A stretch of 46,384 bases of DNA from Myxococcota bacterium (lineage in GTDB: Bacteria > Myxococcota_A > UBA9160 > UBA4427): positions 1 through 46,384 of the forward strand of contig JBCCZJ010000001.1 of assembly GCA_039187915.1 (NCBI GenBank), given 5' to 3'. Below the pieces are notes generated by a model. It was given only the letters and a program-made list of their open reading frames with translations. It was not told where the DNA came from and made no database searches. Below are positions 26,429 through 35,339 of this stretch, piece by piece. The position numbers and the translations under genes are program-made. Within the stretch, counting starts at the first letter, position 1. The number at the start of each line of letters is the position of its first letter.

Positions 26429-27190
26429 TCAGCGCCCGCTGCCCGAAAGCATCGGCTTTTCGAACTCCGCCACGAGAAGCACGCGGAACCGGCTCAGCGC
26501 GGGAACGTGATTCACGATCCGTTCCCAGATCCAACCGACGAGATACGTCGGCGCCGAGATCCGGAGGTATTCGGGCCGGCTCTCGATCAAGTCCACGCTA
26601 CGGACCACGAGCCCTGCCGCTTCCGCGAGCCGCGCCACCGCCGAGGGCGTGTTCGCCCGATAGCGCGTCGGGAAGGTGTCCTCCGGCGGACGCCCGCGAA
26701 GCCGATTGAAGAATCGATGGAAAGAGTGGGGCGTGAGCGACGCGACGAGCGGAACGTAGTGGAGCTTGTTGGGCGTCTTGACGAGGAATCGACCGCCAGG
26801 CTTCAGCACACGCGCGACTTCCTCGAATACCCGTTCGGGCTCCGCGAGATGCTCGAGAACGTTGTCGGAAAAGACGAGATCGAACTGCTCATCGGGCCAG
26901 GGGACTTCTTCGGCACCGCCATGCCGTCCCTCGTCGAGATAGGGGTTGTCGACCACGCGCGGATCGAGATCGAGGCCCACGATCGAGGCGCATCGACCCT
27001 TGAAGTTCATCTGCGCCACGAAACCCGCGCCAGCCCCGATGTCAAGGACGTGAAAATCCTCGCTCATGCGTTCCAGAATCCGGTCGCGGAAGAGCTCGTC
27101 GTCCCAGTTGTCGCGCACGTCGGGATACCAACGCCCGTCGAGCCGCTCGACGAGGGAAGGCGATCGCTCTTCCAGATCGAGATCGGTCAC
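26429..27190 (-). CDS. Class I SAM-dependent methyltransferase
   Basis: Motif I VLDIGAGAGFVA, acidic loop GLDLD, motif post-II DLVFSDNVLEHL, and LKPGGRFLV. GTG start in a GTGA overlap with the upstream gene. Confidence 0.85.
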   Translation of the reverse strand: MTDLDLEERSPSLVERLDGRWYPDVRDNWDDELFRDRILERMSEDFHVLDIGAGAGFVAQMNFKGRCASIVGLDLDPRVVDNPYLDEGRHGGAEEVPWPDEQFDLVFSDNVLEHLAEPERVFEEVARVLKPGGRFLVKTPNKLHYVPLVASLTPHSFHRFFNRLRGRPPEDTFPTRYRANTPSAVARLAEAAGLVVRSVDLIESRPEYLRISAPTYLVGWIWERIVNHVPALSRFRVLLVAEFEKPMLSGSGR

Positions 27191-29343
27191 GAGGACTCCG
27201 CTCCCGGCCGAGGCAAGACCACGGGCGCCCCGGTTCGCGAGGACTCGACCATCGCGAAGGTGGTCCGGGTCGCTCCGCTGATCTCGACGAGGCGCATTGG
27301 CGAAGGACCGCCCTCGCGTACGCAGCGTCCGAAATCAGCGATCGCGGTCGCCTGGCCCTTGTCCTGATTGAGCGTCCGGAGCGGCTTGCGTCCCGGCATC
27401 GACGTCACCCGAAAGTTGTCGCAGATCGCGCTGCGGCCGTCGGCATGCACCTCCCAGCGTTCTTTCGGCAGCTCGGCGCTCGCGAGCGCCAGGTAGTGGA
27501 TCGTGGCGGTTGAGCCGTCGGCGTACCCGAGCGTCGCCACCATCGAATCGTCACGGCTCGCGTCTTCGGAAAGGGCCCGCGCGACGACCCAGGTCGGTGT
27601 CGAACCGACCATGTAGTCGCAGAGGTCGACGAAGTGACACGCCTCGCCCAGGATGCGGCCCCCACCCGTGATCTCGTCCATGATCCAGGTCCCGGCGGGC
27701 GCCGAGCCGGCTGCGACGGTGTAGTGCATCGCGAGCGGCCCAATGCGGCGGCCGAGCCACTCGCGCGCCGTCTTCGCGTGTTCGGAGAAACGGCGGTTGA
27801 AGCCCACCATTAGCGGCGCGTCGGTCGCGCCGGCGGCCGCCTCCAGCTCGGCCAGCTCCGCCTCCGAGAGCGCTGCGGGCTTCTCAAGCCAGACGGCCTT
27901 GCCAGCGCGGAGCGCTGCGGTGGCGAGCGAGGCGTGCGAATCGTGTCGCGTCGTGACGAACACTGCATCGATGTCGTCCGCGCTGAAGACCTCGTCCGGA
28001 TCGGTGCCGTAGCGAGCGAAACCGAAACGCTCCGCGACGTTGTGCGCACTCGGCCCCGTGGCCGTCACCACGTGCTGCGGTTCAGCGTCGCCGGCGCTGC
28101 GCAACGCCGGCAGGAGCATACCCTTGGCGTAGTTGCCGGCGCCGATGAACCCGACGCGCATTCGACCGGAAGCGCTTCTCTTCGCCGGAAGCGCCTCTCC
28201 GTGCGTCTTACGTCGATCGGGCTCGTCGCCGTAGCGGAAAACGACAGCGAGGGATCGACGCTCCCCACTCGCGAGGGCCTCGTAGGCCTCGGGTGCGAGC
28301 TCGAAGTCGACGACCTCCGTGTCCATCCGGCTGGGATCGACCGCCCCCCTCGCTGCGAGGTCGAGAAAAGCCTGCAGATTGCGCTGTTCCGTCCATCGCA
28401 CGTAGGCGACCGGATAGTCGACGCCGCCCTCTTCGTAACGGTAGTCGTATCGACCGGGGCCGTACGACATGCTCATCCGAAGGTCGAGCTCTTTCTCGTA
28501 GAACGTGCGTCGATCAAGGTCCATCGCCGTTGCGCCCACGCACACGACGCGTCCCTTGTGGCGGCAGAGCTCCGCCGCAAGGGCGACCGGCGCGGAGCTG
28601 TCCGAGGCCGCAGTGACGATCGTGAGGTCGACACCATGGCCGCCCGTCAGCGCCGAGAGCAGACGGTCGTGATCGTCTCCGGGAGCGCCCCCGAACTCCA
28701 TTCCCTGGGCCTTCGCCTCTTCGACACGCTTCGGATCGAGATCGAGGCCGTAGACCCGACAGCCGTTCGCCAACAACAGTTGGACCGTGAGCTGGCCGAT
28801 CAGGCCGAGCCCGACCACGGCCACGACTTCGCCGAGGGTCGGCTCCGCGACACGAACGCCCTGGAGCGCGATCGCACCGAGGGTCGCGAACGCCGCTTCC
28901 TCGAGGCCGAGCGTCTCGGGGACATGCGCCGTGAGGTTCTCCGGCACGACGACGAGCTCCGCATGGTTGGCATAGCCAGCCCCCGCGCACGCGATGCGAT
29001 CGCCTGGGGAGACCGACATCACGCCCTCCCCGACGGCCTCGACGATCCCGGCGCAGGCGTAGCCGAGCGGCTGCGGCGCATCGAGCCGATTCATGACCGT
29101 GCGATAGGTCGGCAGCGGCCCTTCCTGCATCAGCTTCCGGGTCACCTGCTTCACCAGATCCGGCCGGCTTCGCGCCTTCCCGAGAAGGCTCTTGCGCGCG
29201 AAATCCATCGCCATCTTCTCGGTGCCGGGCGACATCACGGAAAAGGCGTTCCGAACGAAGACCTGCCCCGGCGCGACGGCGGGTGCCGGCACGTCGACGA
29301 GCTCGAGCTTTCCGCTCTTGGCGCTCTGGAGGATCTGCTTCAC
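27187..29343 (-). CDS. Bi-domain oxidoreductase: N-terminal MDR/Zn-alcohol-dehydrogenase-like + C-terminal Gfo/Idh/MocA
   Basis: N-domain: GYACAGIVEAVGEGV, PGDRIACAG, Rossmann VAVVGLGLIGQL. C-domain: RVGFIGAGNYAKGMLLPAL and the GFO-family EKP motif (VWLEKPAAL). GTG at 29343 in a GTGA overlap with the DUF362 gene stop. Confidence 0.85.
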   Translation of the reverse strand: MKQILQSAKSGKLELVDVPAPAVAPGQVFVRNAFSVMSPGTEKMAMDFARKSLLGKARSRPDLVKQVTRKLMQEGPLPTYRTVMNRLDAPQPLGYACAGIVEAVGEGVMSVSPGDRIACAGAGYANHAELVVVPENLTAHVPETLGLEEAAFATLGAIALQGVRVAEPTLGEVVAVVGLGLIGQLTVQLLLANGCRVYGLDLDPKRVEEAKAQGMEFGGAPGDDHDRLLSALTGGHGVDLTIVTAASDSSAPVALAAELCRHKGRVVCVGATAMDLDRRTFYEKELDLRMSMSYGPGRYDYRYEEGGVDYPVAYVRWTEQRNLQAFLDLAARGAVDPSRMDTEVVDFELAPEAYEALASGERRSLAVVFRYGDEPDRRKTHGEALPAKRSASGRMRVGFIGAGNYAKGMLLPALRSAGDAEPQHVVTATGPSAHNVAERFGFARYGTDPDEVFSADDIDAVFVTTRHDSHASLATAALRAGKAVWLEKPAALSEAELAELEAAAGATDAPLMVGFNRRFSEHAKTAREWLGRRIGPLAMHYTVAAGSAPAGTWIMDEITGGGRILGEACHFVDLCDYMVGSTPTWVVARALSEDASRDDSMVATLGYADGSTATIHYLALASAELPKERWEVHADGRSAICDNFRVTSMPGRKPLRTLNQDKGQATAIADFGRCVREGGPSPMRLVEISGATRTTFAMVESSRTGAPVVLPRPGAESS

Positions 29344-30869
29344 GCGGGCACGCCTGGACGGCAGTCGGGGGAGAGCTCGGCGGTGGCACCCTGTTCGATG
29401 TGCCCGATCCAGCCGGCATGGGCCTCGAAGGCGCGCTCCCACCGGATCTCGTCGAGCGATCGATCGACGACCTCGCTTGTTCCCCGCTCGACCTCGCCGA
29501 CGACGACGTCATGCGCCACGCGGACGCCCGTAATTCTCGGACCCTCGTCCTGCATCGGACCGAGCACGGTCGCCAACCGCTGCTCGTCGAAGCCCATCAA
29601 GCGGACGGCGGCCAGATCGACGGCGACCGGATCCGTGCTCGCGACTACGGCACCCAGCGGCACGTCCGCCGGCGCGAGCGGTCCCTCTCCCTCTCCTGCG
29701 AGTACGCCGTCGATGATCGTGAGTACGGTCCGAACAGGACCGGGGGCGTCGATATGGAGCCCGTCGCGGTCGCTGTAGTAAAGACAACGGTTCAGGTCAC
29801 AGCACATCCGCCAGGTCGTCCGGTTGCCGTACCAGTTTCCACTGCGGATGAACTGGTCCCCGCGCGCTGCGGCCTCCACCCTGCGCGCCGCCTGAAAGAC
29901 GCGAAGCAGCTTACCCTTCGCGAGGAGCGGTCGCGCGATCTCGGTGGCGCGGCTCCGGAGTCGATCGATCAGCCGGCTCTCTGGGAACTCGTCTCCGCCT
30001 TCATCCACGGCGCCGAGGCTGTGATGGGGCAACCAGTTCTTATCGCCGTTAATGCCGACGAGGTTCTTGAGCGCGAGCGTGACGCCGGTCTTCTTATGCG
30101 TCTTGAGCTTGGGCAAGTTGATGACCAGATCTGCGGACAGCACGGTTTCGGAGAGCAGGTATGCGTTTCGGCCGCCGCTATGGTGCTCCGCGGTCGGGCC
30201 AGGGTCATAGTCTGCGCCCCGGAACCGGTTCGGATCGAGACCGGACCCGGTAAAGAAGCTCCGGTCCCCCAGATCGACGGCGCGATACCCGGCGGGATCG
30301 CCAGGCAACGATCGGCGTTCCTGGATGATCCCGTCCCGAAAGACGACCGCTTCGCGACGCAGGTCGATCACCTCCAGCTCGCGTTCGATCGTCCCTTCGT
30401 AGAGTCTGACGAGCCCGTCGAGTCCGACGATCTCACGGATCGATTCGAAGTCGCAGTCCATCTGCGGCGCTTCGGCGATCGCGACGCTGCCGTTGGGTCC
30501 CGCCGCGATCATCGCGTAATCGACGACCGCGCGGATGATCGCGCCGTGCGTGATCACGCTGTCGACCGTCCCGCCCCGTCCATCCGAAGCCGGATTCCAA
30601 TGACGGATCAGGTTCGGCTTGATCACGATCCGCCGACCCGGCTCGACCAACGCGCCGATCGGATTCCAGTCTGCGGTCCCGAACCGATCGCGATCCAGGC
30701 CCATCGCGCGGAGCACGCTCCGCACGGCACCATAGACCTCGTTGACAGGACCTTCGGATGCGCAATCGCCGAGCAGACGGTCGATCTCCGGATAGCTCTT
30801 CCCCGGACCCCAGGGAGCCAAGAGCCCCTCGTAGCTCGGCGTACAGCGCGCGAGACCCACCCGAATCAT
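29340..30869 (-). CDS. DUF362 domain-containing protein
   Basis: IVIKPNLI and LPKLKTHKKTGVTLALKNLVGINGDKNWLPHH match my memory of the DUF362 signature blocks. No Fe-S Cys cluster is evident. The ATG at 30869 shares one nt with the upstream stop. Confidence 0.7.
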   Translation of the reverse strand: MIRVGLARCTPSYEGLLAPWGPGKSYPEIDRLLGDCASEGPVNEVYGAVRSVLRAMGLDRDRFGTADWNPIGALVEPGRRIVIKPNLIRHWNPASDGRGGTVDSVITHGAIIRAVVDYAMIAAGPNGSVAIAEAPQMDCDFESIREIVGLDGLVRLYEGTIERELEVIDLRREAVVFRDGIIQERRSLPGDPAGYRAVDLGDRSFFTGSGLDPNRFRGADYDPGPTAEHHSGGRNAYLLSETVLSADLVINLPKLKTHKKTGVTLALKNLVGINGDKNWLPHHSLGAVDEGGDEFPESRLIDRLRSRATEIARPLLAKGKLLRVFQAARRVEAAARGDQFIRSGNWYGNRTTWRMCCDLNRCLYYSDRDGLHIDAPGPVRTVLTIIDGVLAGEGEGPLAPADVPLGAVVASTDPVAVDLAAVRLMGFDEQRLATVLGPMQDEGPRITGVRVAHDVVVGEVERGTSEVVDRSLDEIRWERAFEAHAGWIGHIEQGATAELSPDCRPGVPA

Positions 30870-32260
30870 CAGCTTGACCTCCCGATCCTGGACTTCACGG
30901 CGCGGAACTTACCATTCGCTTCCCTGGGAATCGATTCGACGCGATGCAGATCGACCCGAATCTGCTCGCCCAATCGAGACCGGATCTCCTTCATGAGCAC
31001 GGCCTCGGCACGCGTATCGAAACCGTCTCTCGGGACCACGCGGACTTCAATGGCGTCCTTCGTCTCCTGGAGGATCTGGGCCTCGGCAACATCGAGTTGC
31101 TCCTTGAAAATGTGGTCGAGTCGACCGATCCAGCGGCCGTCGGGCGTGACCACGTAGTCTTCGATGCGACCGTCGACGTCGAGAAATACCTCGCCGGGCC
31201 GGCCGCAGGCACACGGATGCTTCGACCGCGTTCCGACGTCGCCGATTCGGTAGCGGAGCAGCGCCATCGCATCGTTCGCGAAGCCCGTCACGATGAGCGG
31301 CCCTCGCACCCAGTCTTCGGTTTCTTGTTCGACCTCGACCTCGACGATTCCGAACTCCATATCGACATGGAGCCGACCCTCTTCACACCCCGTCATCGAC
31401 GTGACCAGCTCGCTGGTCCCATATCGGTCGTAGATCGGCGCAGCGAACGCTTTCTCGATCACTTCTCGATGGAACGCGAGAAGCGACTCCGAAGAAGGCA
31501 GCACAGCATGCAGCTTGCCGGAGGGGAGCGGTCGACCCTGCTCCAGCATCGCGCGCCCCAGCAGATGGAGCGAAGAGGGGTAGCCCTGGACGTAGGTCGC
31601 CGGGATCGCGTGCAGTGCGTCGACGTAGGCTGGAAGGTTCTCTTCCGTCATGTGATAGAGAGAGAAGAGCGTCTGCCGGCCCCAGGCGTTTGTTCTCCAG
31701 TAGGGCGGGCGCGACTGGGACAGCGGGACGAGCATCTGGCCGCCGAAGGTGAAGCTCGCGTCGCCCAGCTCGATGCCGATCCATCGGCGGATCCGCCAGA
31801 CGGCCGCGTACTCCTCGGCGACGGCTTCGGGCGTGTACCAAAGGGGCAGTGCCGATCCGGTAGTCCCGCTCGTCTTGCCCTTGACGAGTCCTTCGAGAGG
31901 GAGGTCGTCCGCGCGATACCGCTCCGGGGAATCGCGATAGGCCTGCTTCTCCAGGACGGGGAGAGCGGCGAGGATCTCCGCGATGCCTTCGCGTGGATCG
32001 GCGTTCGGCAAGAACTCGGGCAGCATGGCCTCGCGATAGACGGGGACCCGCAGGCGCGCCCGATCGAATACCCGGCGCAGGCGTTGGTACTGGAGGGCGA
32101 TCAGCGCCTCGTTGGAAGAGCGACCGGATTCCATCCAGGCTGCGAGCGAGCGATGGAAATGCGGCGTGTACCGTCCGCGCCATCGACGCACTCCCGCCAG
32201 AGTGCAAGCCACGTTCTGGAGCGGAACGGGCAACCGTGCATAGATCGCGTCGGTATTCAC
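30869..32260 (-). CDS. Phenylacetate-CoA-ligase-like adenylate-forming enzyme (PaaK / CapK / F390-synthetase family)
   Basis: AMP-binding P-loop GKTSGTTGSALPLWY, YDRYGTSE, C-terminal GKFRAVKS, and a ~460-aa size typical of CapK-like proteins in capsule loci. GTG at 32260 in a GTGA overlap with the EEP gene stop. Confidence 0.8.
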   Translation of the reverse strand: MNTDAIYARLPVPLQNVACTLAGVRRWRGRYTPHFHRSLAAWMESGRSSNEALIALQYQRLRRVFDRARLRVPVYREAMLPEFLPNADPREGIAEILAALPVLEKQAYRDSPERYRADDLPLEGLVKGKTSGTTGSALPLWYTPEAVAEEYAAVWRIRRWIGIELGDASFTFGGQMLVPLSQSRPPYWRTNAWGRQTLFSLYHMTEENLPAYVDALHAIPATYVQGYPSSLHLLGRAMLEQGRPLPSGKLHAVLPSSESLLAFHREVIEKAFAAPIYDRYGTSELVTSMTGCEEGRLHVDMEFGIVEVEVEQETEDWVRGPLIVTGFANDAMALLRYRIGDVGTRSKHPCACGRPGEVFLDVDGRIEDYVVTPDGRWIGRLDHIFKEQLDVAEAQILQETKDAIEVRVVPRDGFDTRAEAVLMKEIRSRLGEQIRVDLHRVESIPREANGKFRAVKSRIGRSS

Positions 32261-33279
32261 GCCGCCGCCTCGTCCTTCAGGTGCACGGTCGCGACGACCG
32301 GGAGGTGATCCGACGCCTTGCGCGCGGCGGGCGAGTCGTGTTCGCGAACGTCGATCACGTCGGCGTTCCGCGAGTAGATCCGGTCGAGGGAGAGCAGGGG
32401 CCGGCTCGAAGGAAAGCTCGCTGGCCAGTCGAGGTTGTGATGGAGACCGAGGCTCTCCTCGAGCACCTGCGATCCCTTGCAGTTGCGCCAGGCGTTCATG
32501 TCGCCCATCAGCACGGCGGGGCCGGCGTTCAGGGCCGGATGCTCCATCAGGGTCTGGACCTGGCGATGGCGGGTGCGGTCGACCAGGGAGAGGTGGGTGG
32601 CGACGACGCCGAGGTTCGCACCAGCGGTGCCGACGTGGGCCGCCAGGGCGCCGCGGCGCTCGATGCGCGAGAAGGAGATGTCCAGCACGGAGACGCCGGT
32701 GATCGGGTAGCGGGAGAGGATGGCGTTGCCGAGCTGACCGCGGCTATGGCGCCGGGTGGCCGCGAAGGCCATGTAGAGGTCGAGCTCGTCGCAGAGCTGC
32801 CCGAGCTCGTCGTCGGCGGTCGGACCGGCGTCGTCGAAGGGCCGCAACACCTCCTGTAGGGCGATCACGTCGGCGTCCATTTCGGAGATGACGTACCCCG
32901 CCCGCGCGACGTCGGGCTTGGCTCGCCCGTTCGCTCCCTGCCAACGATGGACGTTGTACGTGGCCACGCGCACTGAGTCGGACATGATCACAGGCGGTAT
33001 CGGCCGTCTGGGGCTCATGACCAAGCACAAATGCGGCTCGAGCGGCAGCTTCCGGGCCGTCTCCACGGCCTCTCGCGCCTGGTTCACCGACTCCCGCGCC
33101 TGGCTCCCGAGGGCCTTCACCCGCTCCTCGGCCTGGTCGCGGGCCTTGCGCGCGAGGTTCCGCGCACGGGCCGTCGCTTCGGAGGCGCGGTCCCCGGCGC
33201 GGGTCGCGCGACCGCGCAGATCGCGAGCGGCCGCCTCGGACGGGCGACGACGAGCGGCCTTCTTGGGCTTCGCTGCCAC
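32257..33279 (-). CDS. Endonuclease/exonuclease/phosphatase (EEP) family protein with a basic helical N-terminal extension (start uncertain)
   Basis: EEP motifs VATYNVHRW, VIALQEV, GDMNAW and SDHLPVVATV. The same frame stays open to 33576, and 33061-33120 has 19/20 GC at third positions, so the region upstream of the catalytic domain is coding. Candidate starts are GTG 33279 (chosen), ATG 33018 and ATG 32985. Confidence 0.7.
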   Translation of the reverse strand: MAAKPKKAARRRPSEAAARDLRGRATRAGDRASEATARARNLARKARDQAEERVKALGSQARESVNQAREAVETARKLPLEPHLCLVMSPRRPIPPVIMSDSVRVATYNVHRWQGANGRAKPDVARAGYVISEMDADVIALQEVLRPFDDAGPTADDELGQLCDELDLYMAFAATRRHSRGQLGNAILSRYPITGVSVLDISFSRIERRGALAAHVGTAGANLGVVATHLSLVDRTRHRQVQTLMEHPALNAGPAVLMGDMNAWRNCKGSQVLEESLGLHHNLDWPASFPSSRPLLSLDRIYSRNADVIDVREHDSPAARKASDHLPVVATVHLKDEAAA

Positions 33280-33911
33280 GATCTTCTCGCTCTCGGAGCA
33301 CGGCCGGTGGGAGGGCTCGGCCGTCCTGGGTGGGGGTCGCGCAGCCGGAGTGTACGGCGTCTCGGCGCGTTCACGTCGCGCCGGCGCAGGCGGGGCCGCC
33401 TCGGCGATCGGCGCCTTCGGAGTGTACGCCTTCCGCTCGGGAGGTCGCGCAGCGCGGCGCTGCGGGGACGGGGGTGCCCTGCGTTCACGTTGCGTGTACG
33501 CTGCGTCGCCCGATTCGGGAGCACGGCGTCTCAGACGGAGCCAGACCCCCGAAATCGGCCCCTCCGGAGTCCGCATGTCTTCCGTCCTCCTCGTTCGCGC
33601 GTCGCTCGCCCGCCCTTCTGCGGCTCCGCGATCCGTGCGTCGACGGACGGAGACCCGCGCCCGCCGCGCCGCGACCCCGCGCCGCCGCCGTTCGAGCCGT
33701 CTCTAGGCTCGTCGCCGGCCTCGCCGCGACCCGCCCGCCTCGTCGAGAGCCGTCCCCGGACGATCTCCCCTCGGGGCAAGCGCCCGGTCGCCGCGACCGA
33801 CACGAGCCCGCCCCCGCTTCGAACCCGATCGAGGCCCGGCGTTCCGCCCGGAGCCGGCCTCGCCTGCTTTTCGTGTCAGCGTCCCGCCGGGTCGGGACGC
33901 GAGGTCTCGCC

Positions 33912-35312
33912 ATGTCCGTTTCCGATCCCTTTCCCGCTTTCTCCCCGCCGCCCGCCGCCGTCGAGGCGCCGGCCCGCACCCTCGTCGCCGCCCTCGCCCG
34001 GACGGCCGACGCCCGTCCGCCCCTCGACACCGACGACTACTCGACCCGCCTCGCCCGGCTCGGGATGCTCCGCGCGGCGCCCCCCGCCCTGCCGGTGCTC
34101 GCCTCGGGTCGCGGCGAAGGTGCGTCCGTCGTGCTCGCCGACGGGCGCCGGATCCTCGATCTCGTCGCCGGGCTCGGGCCCTACGTCTTCGGCCATCACG
34201 ACGAGGATCTGCTCGAGACCGCGGCGATCGCAGCGGCGAGCGACGTCGCCTTCCAGAGTCACGTCCTGCCGGGCCCGCAGTACGCCGCCCTGACCGAGCG
34301 CCTCGTCGCGCTCGCCGGTCCGCGGCTCTGCCACGCGTGGCTCGCGCTCTCGGGATCGATGGCGAACGAGAACGCGCTGAAGATGCTCTTCCAGCGGGCG
34401 GCGCCCGCCGATCGGGTGATCGCGTTCGAGCGTGCCTTCCACGGGCGGACGCTCGCGATGGCCGAGCTCACGGATCGGCCGACCTACCGCGAAGGCCTCC
34501 CGATCCGGGACTTCGTCGATCGAGTGCCCTTCTATGATCCGCAGGATCCCGAATCGACACAGAAGAGCGTCGCTGCGCTCGAGTCGCGGATCGCCGCCCA
34601 TCCCGGTCGCCACGCGGCGATGTGCTTCGAGTTGATCCAGGGCGAAGGTGGATTCCACGACGCACCGCCCGCGTTCTTCGTCGCGCTGATGGAGACCTGC
34701 CGCCGGGCGGGGATCCGCATCTGGATCGACGAGATCCAGACCTTCGGCAGGACGCGCGCGCTCTTCGCCTGGAAGACGCTCGGCCTCGACGCCTACGTGG
34801 ACGTCGTCACCGTCGGAAAGATCCTGCACGGAAGCGCCACCCTCTTCACGCCCGAGCTCGCCCCCCGACCGCGACTGATCGCGGGCACCTGGGCCGGCTC
34901 GACCGTCGGGATGGCGCTCGGCGCGCGCATCCTGGAACGCCTCGCGAACGAGGGCTACGCCGGTCCGGGCGGTCGGATCGATCGCCTGACCGACTGGCTC
35001 GACGCGGCCTTCGAACGGCTCGCTCGCGCGCTTCCCGGCGTCGTGACCGCGCGCTCGGGGCGGGGCGCCATGCAGGCCTTCGTGCCGTGGGACGGCGACG
35101 CGACGCTCACGAACGAGATCGTCGCGGTCGCGGTCGAGGAAGGCGTGCTCGTCCAGACGGCGGGCGGGAACCCGACGAAGATCCGACTGCTGCCGCCGCT
35201 CAACGTGACGGAGGAGGAGCTGGCCCAGGGTTTCGCCGCGCTCGAGCGGGCGCTCGTCCGGGTCGCGCGGAGACACGCTTTGCCGCTCTTCGACGTGGCC
35301 ACGCCGCGTTAG
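33912..35312 (+). CDS. Class-III (PLP-dependent) aminotransferase
   Basis: LSGSMANENALKM, AFHGRT, IWIDEIQTFGRT and VTVGKILHG (PLP lysine). ATG at 33912 with GAGG 7 nt upstream. The upstream part of the 660-aa track ORF is Arg/Pro-rich non-coding read-through. Confidence 0.85.
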   Translation: MSVSDPFPAFSPPPAAVEAPARTLVAALARTADARPPLDTDDYSTRLARLGMLRAAPPALPVLASGRGEGASVVLADGRRILDLVAGLGPYVFGHHDEDLLETAAIAAASDVAFQSHVLPGPQYAALTERLVALAGPRLCHAWLALSGSMANENALKMLFQRAAPADRVIAFERAFHGRTLAMAELTDRPTYREGLPIRDFVDRVPFYDPQDPESTQKSVAALESRIAAHPGRHAAMCFELIQGEGGFHDAPPAFFVALMETCRRAGIRIWIDEIQTFGRTRALFAWKTLGLDAYVDVVTVGKILHGSATLFTPELAPRPRLIAGTWAGSTVGMALGARILERLANEGYAGPGGRIDRLTDWLDAAFERLARALPGVVTARSGRGAMQAFVPWDGDATLTNEIVAVAVEEGVLVQTAGGNPTKIRLLPPLNVTEEELAQGFAALERALVRVARRHALPLFDVATPR

Positions 35313-35339
35313 GCGAGACGGAAAGGGCGTCCCTTCGGA

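Noticed and set aside
8985-33279. Glycan locus as a recently acquired genomic island or mobile element
   Set aside because: There is no integrase, transposase, tRNA or flanking direct repeats. By eye the codon/GC3 style is the same as in the housekeeping flanks. I could not compute GC or k-mer statistics to test this properly.
33330-33911. N-terminal 194-codon extension of the aminotransferase ORF, and overlapping plus-strand ORFs at 32888-33706 and 33031-34293
   Set aside because: They are Arg/Pro/Ala-rich read-through of a GC-rich intergenic or antisense region. The aminotransferase fold is fully accounted for from the ATG at 33912.
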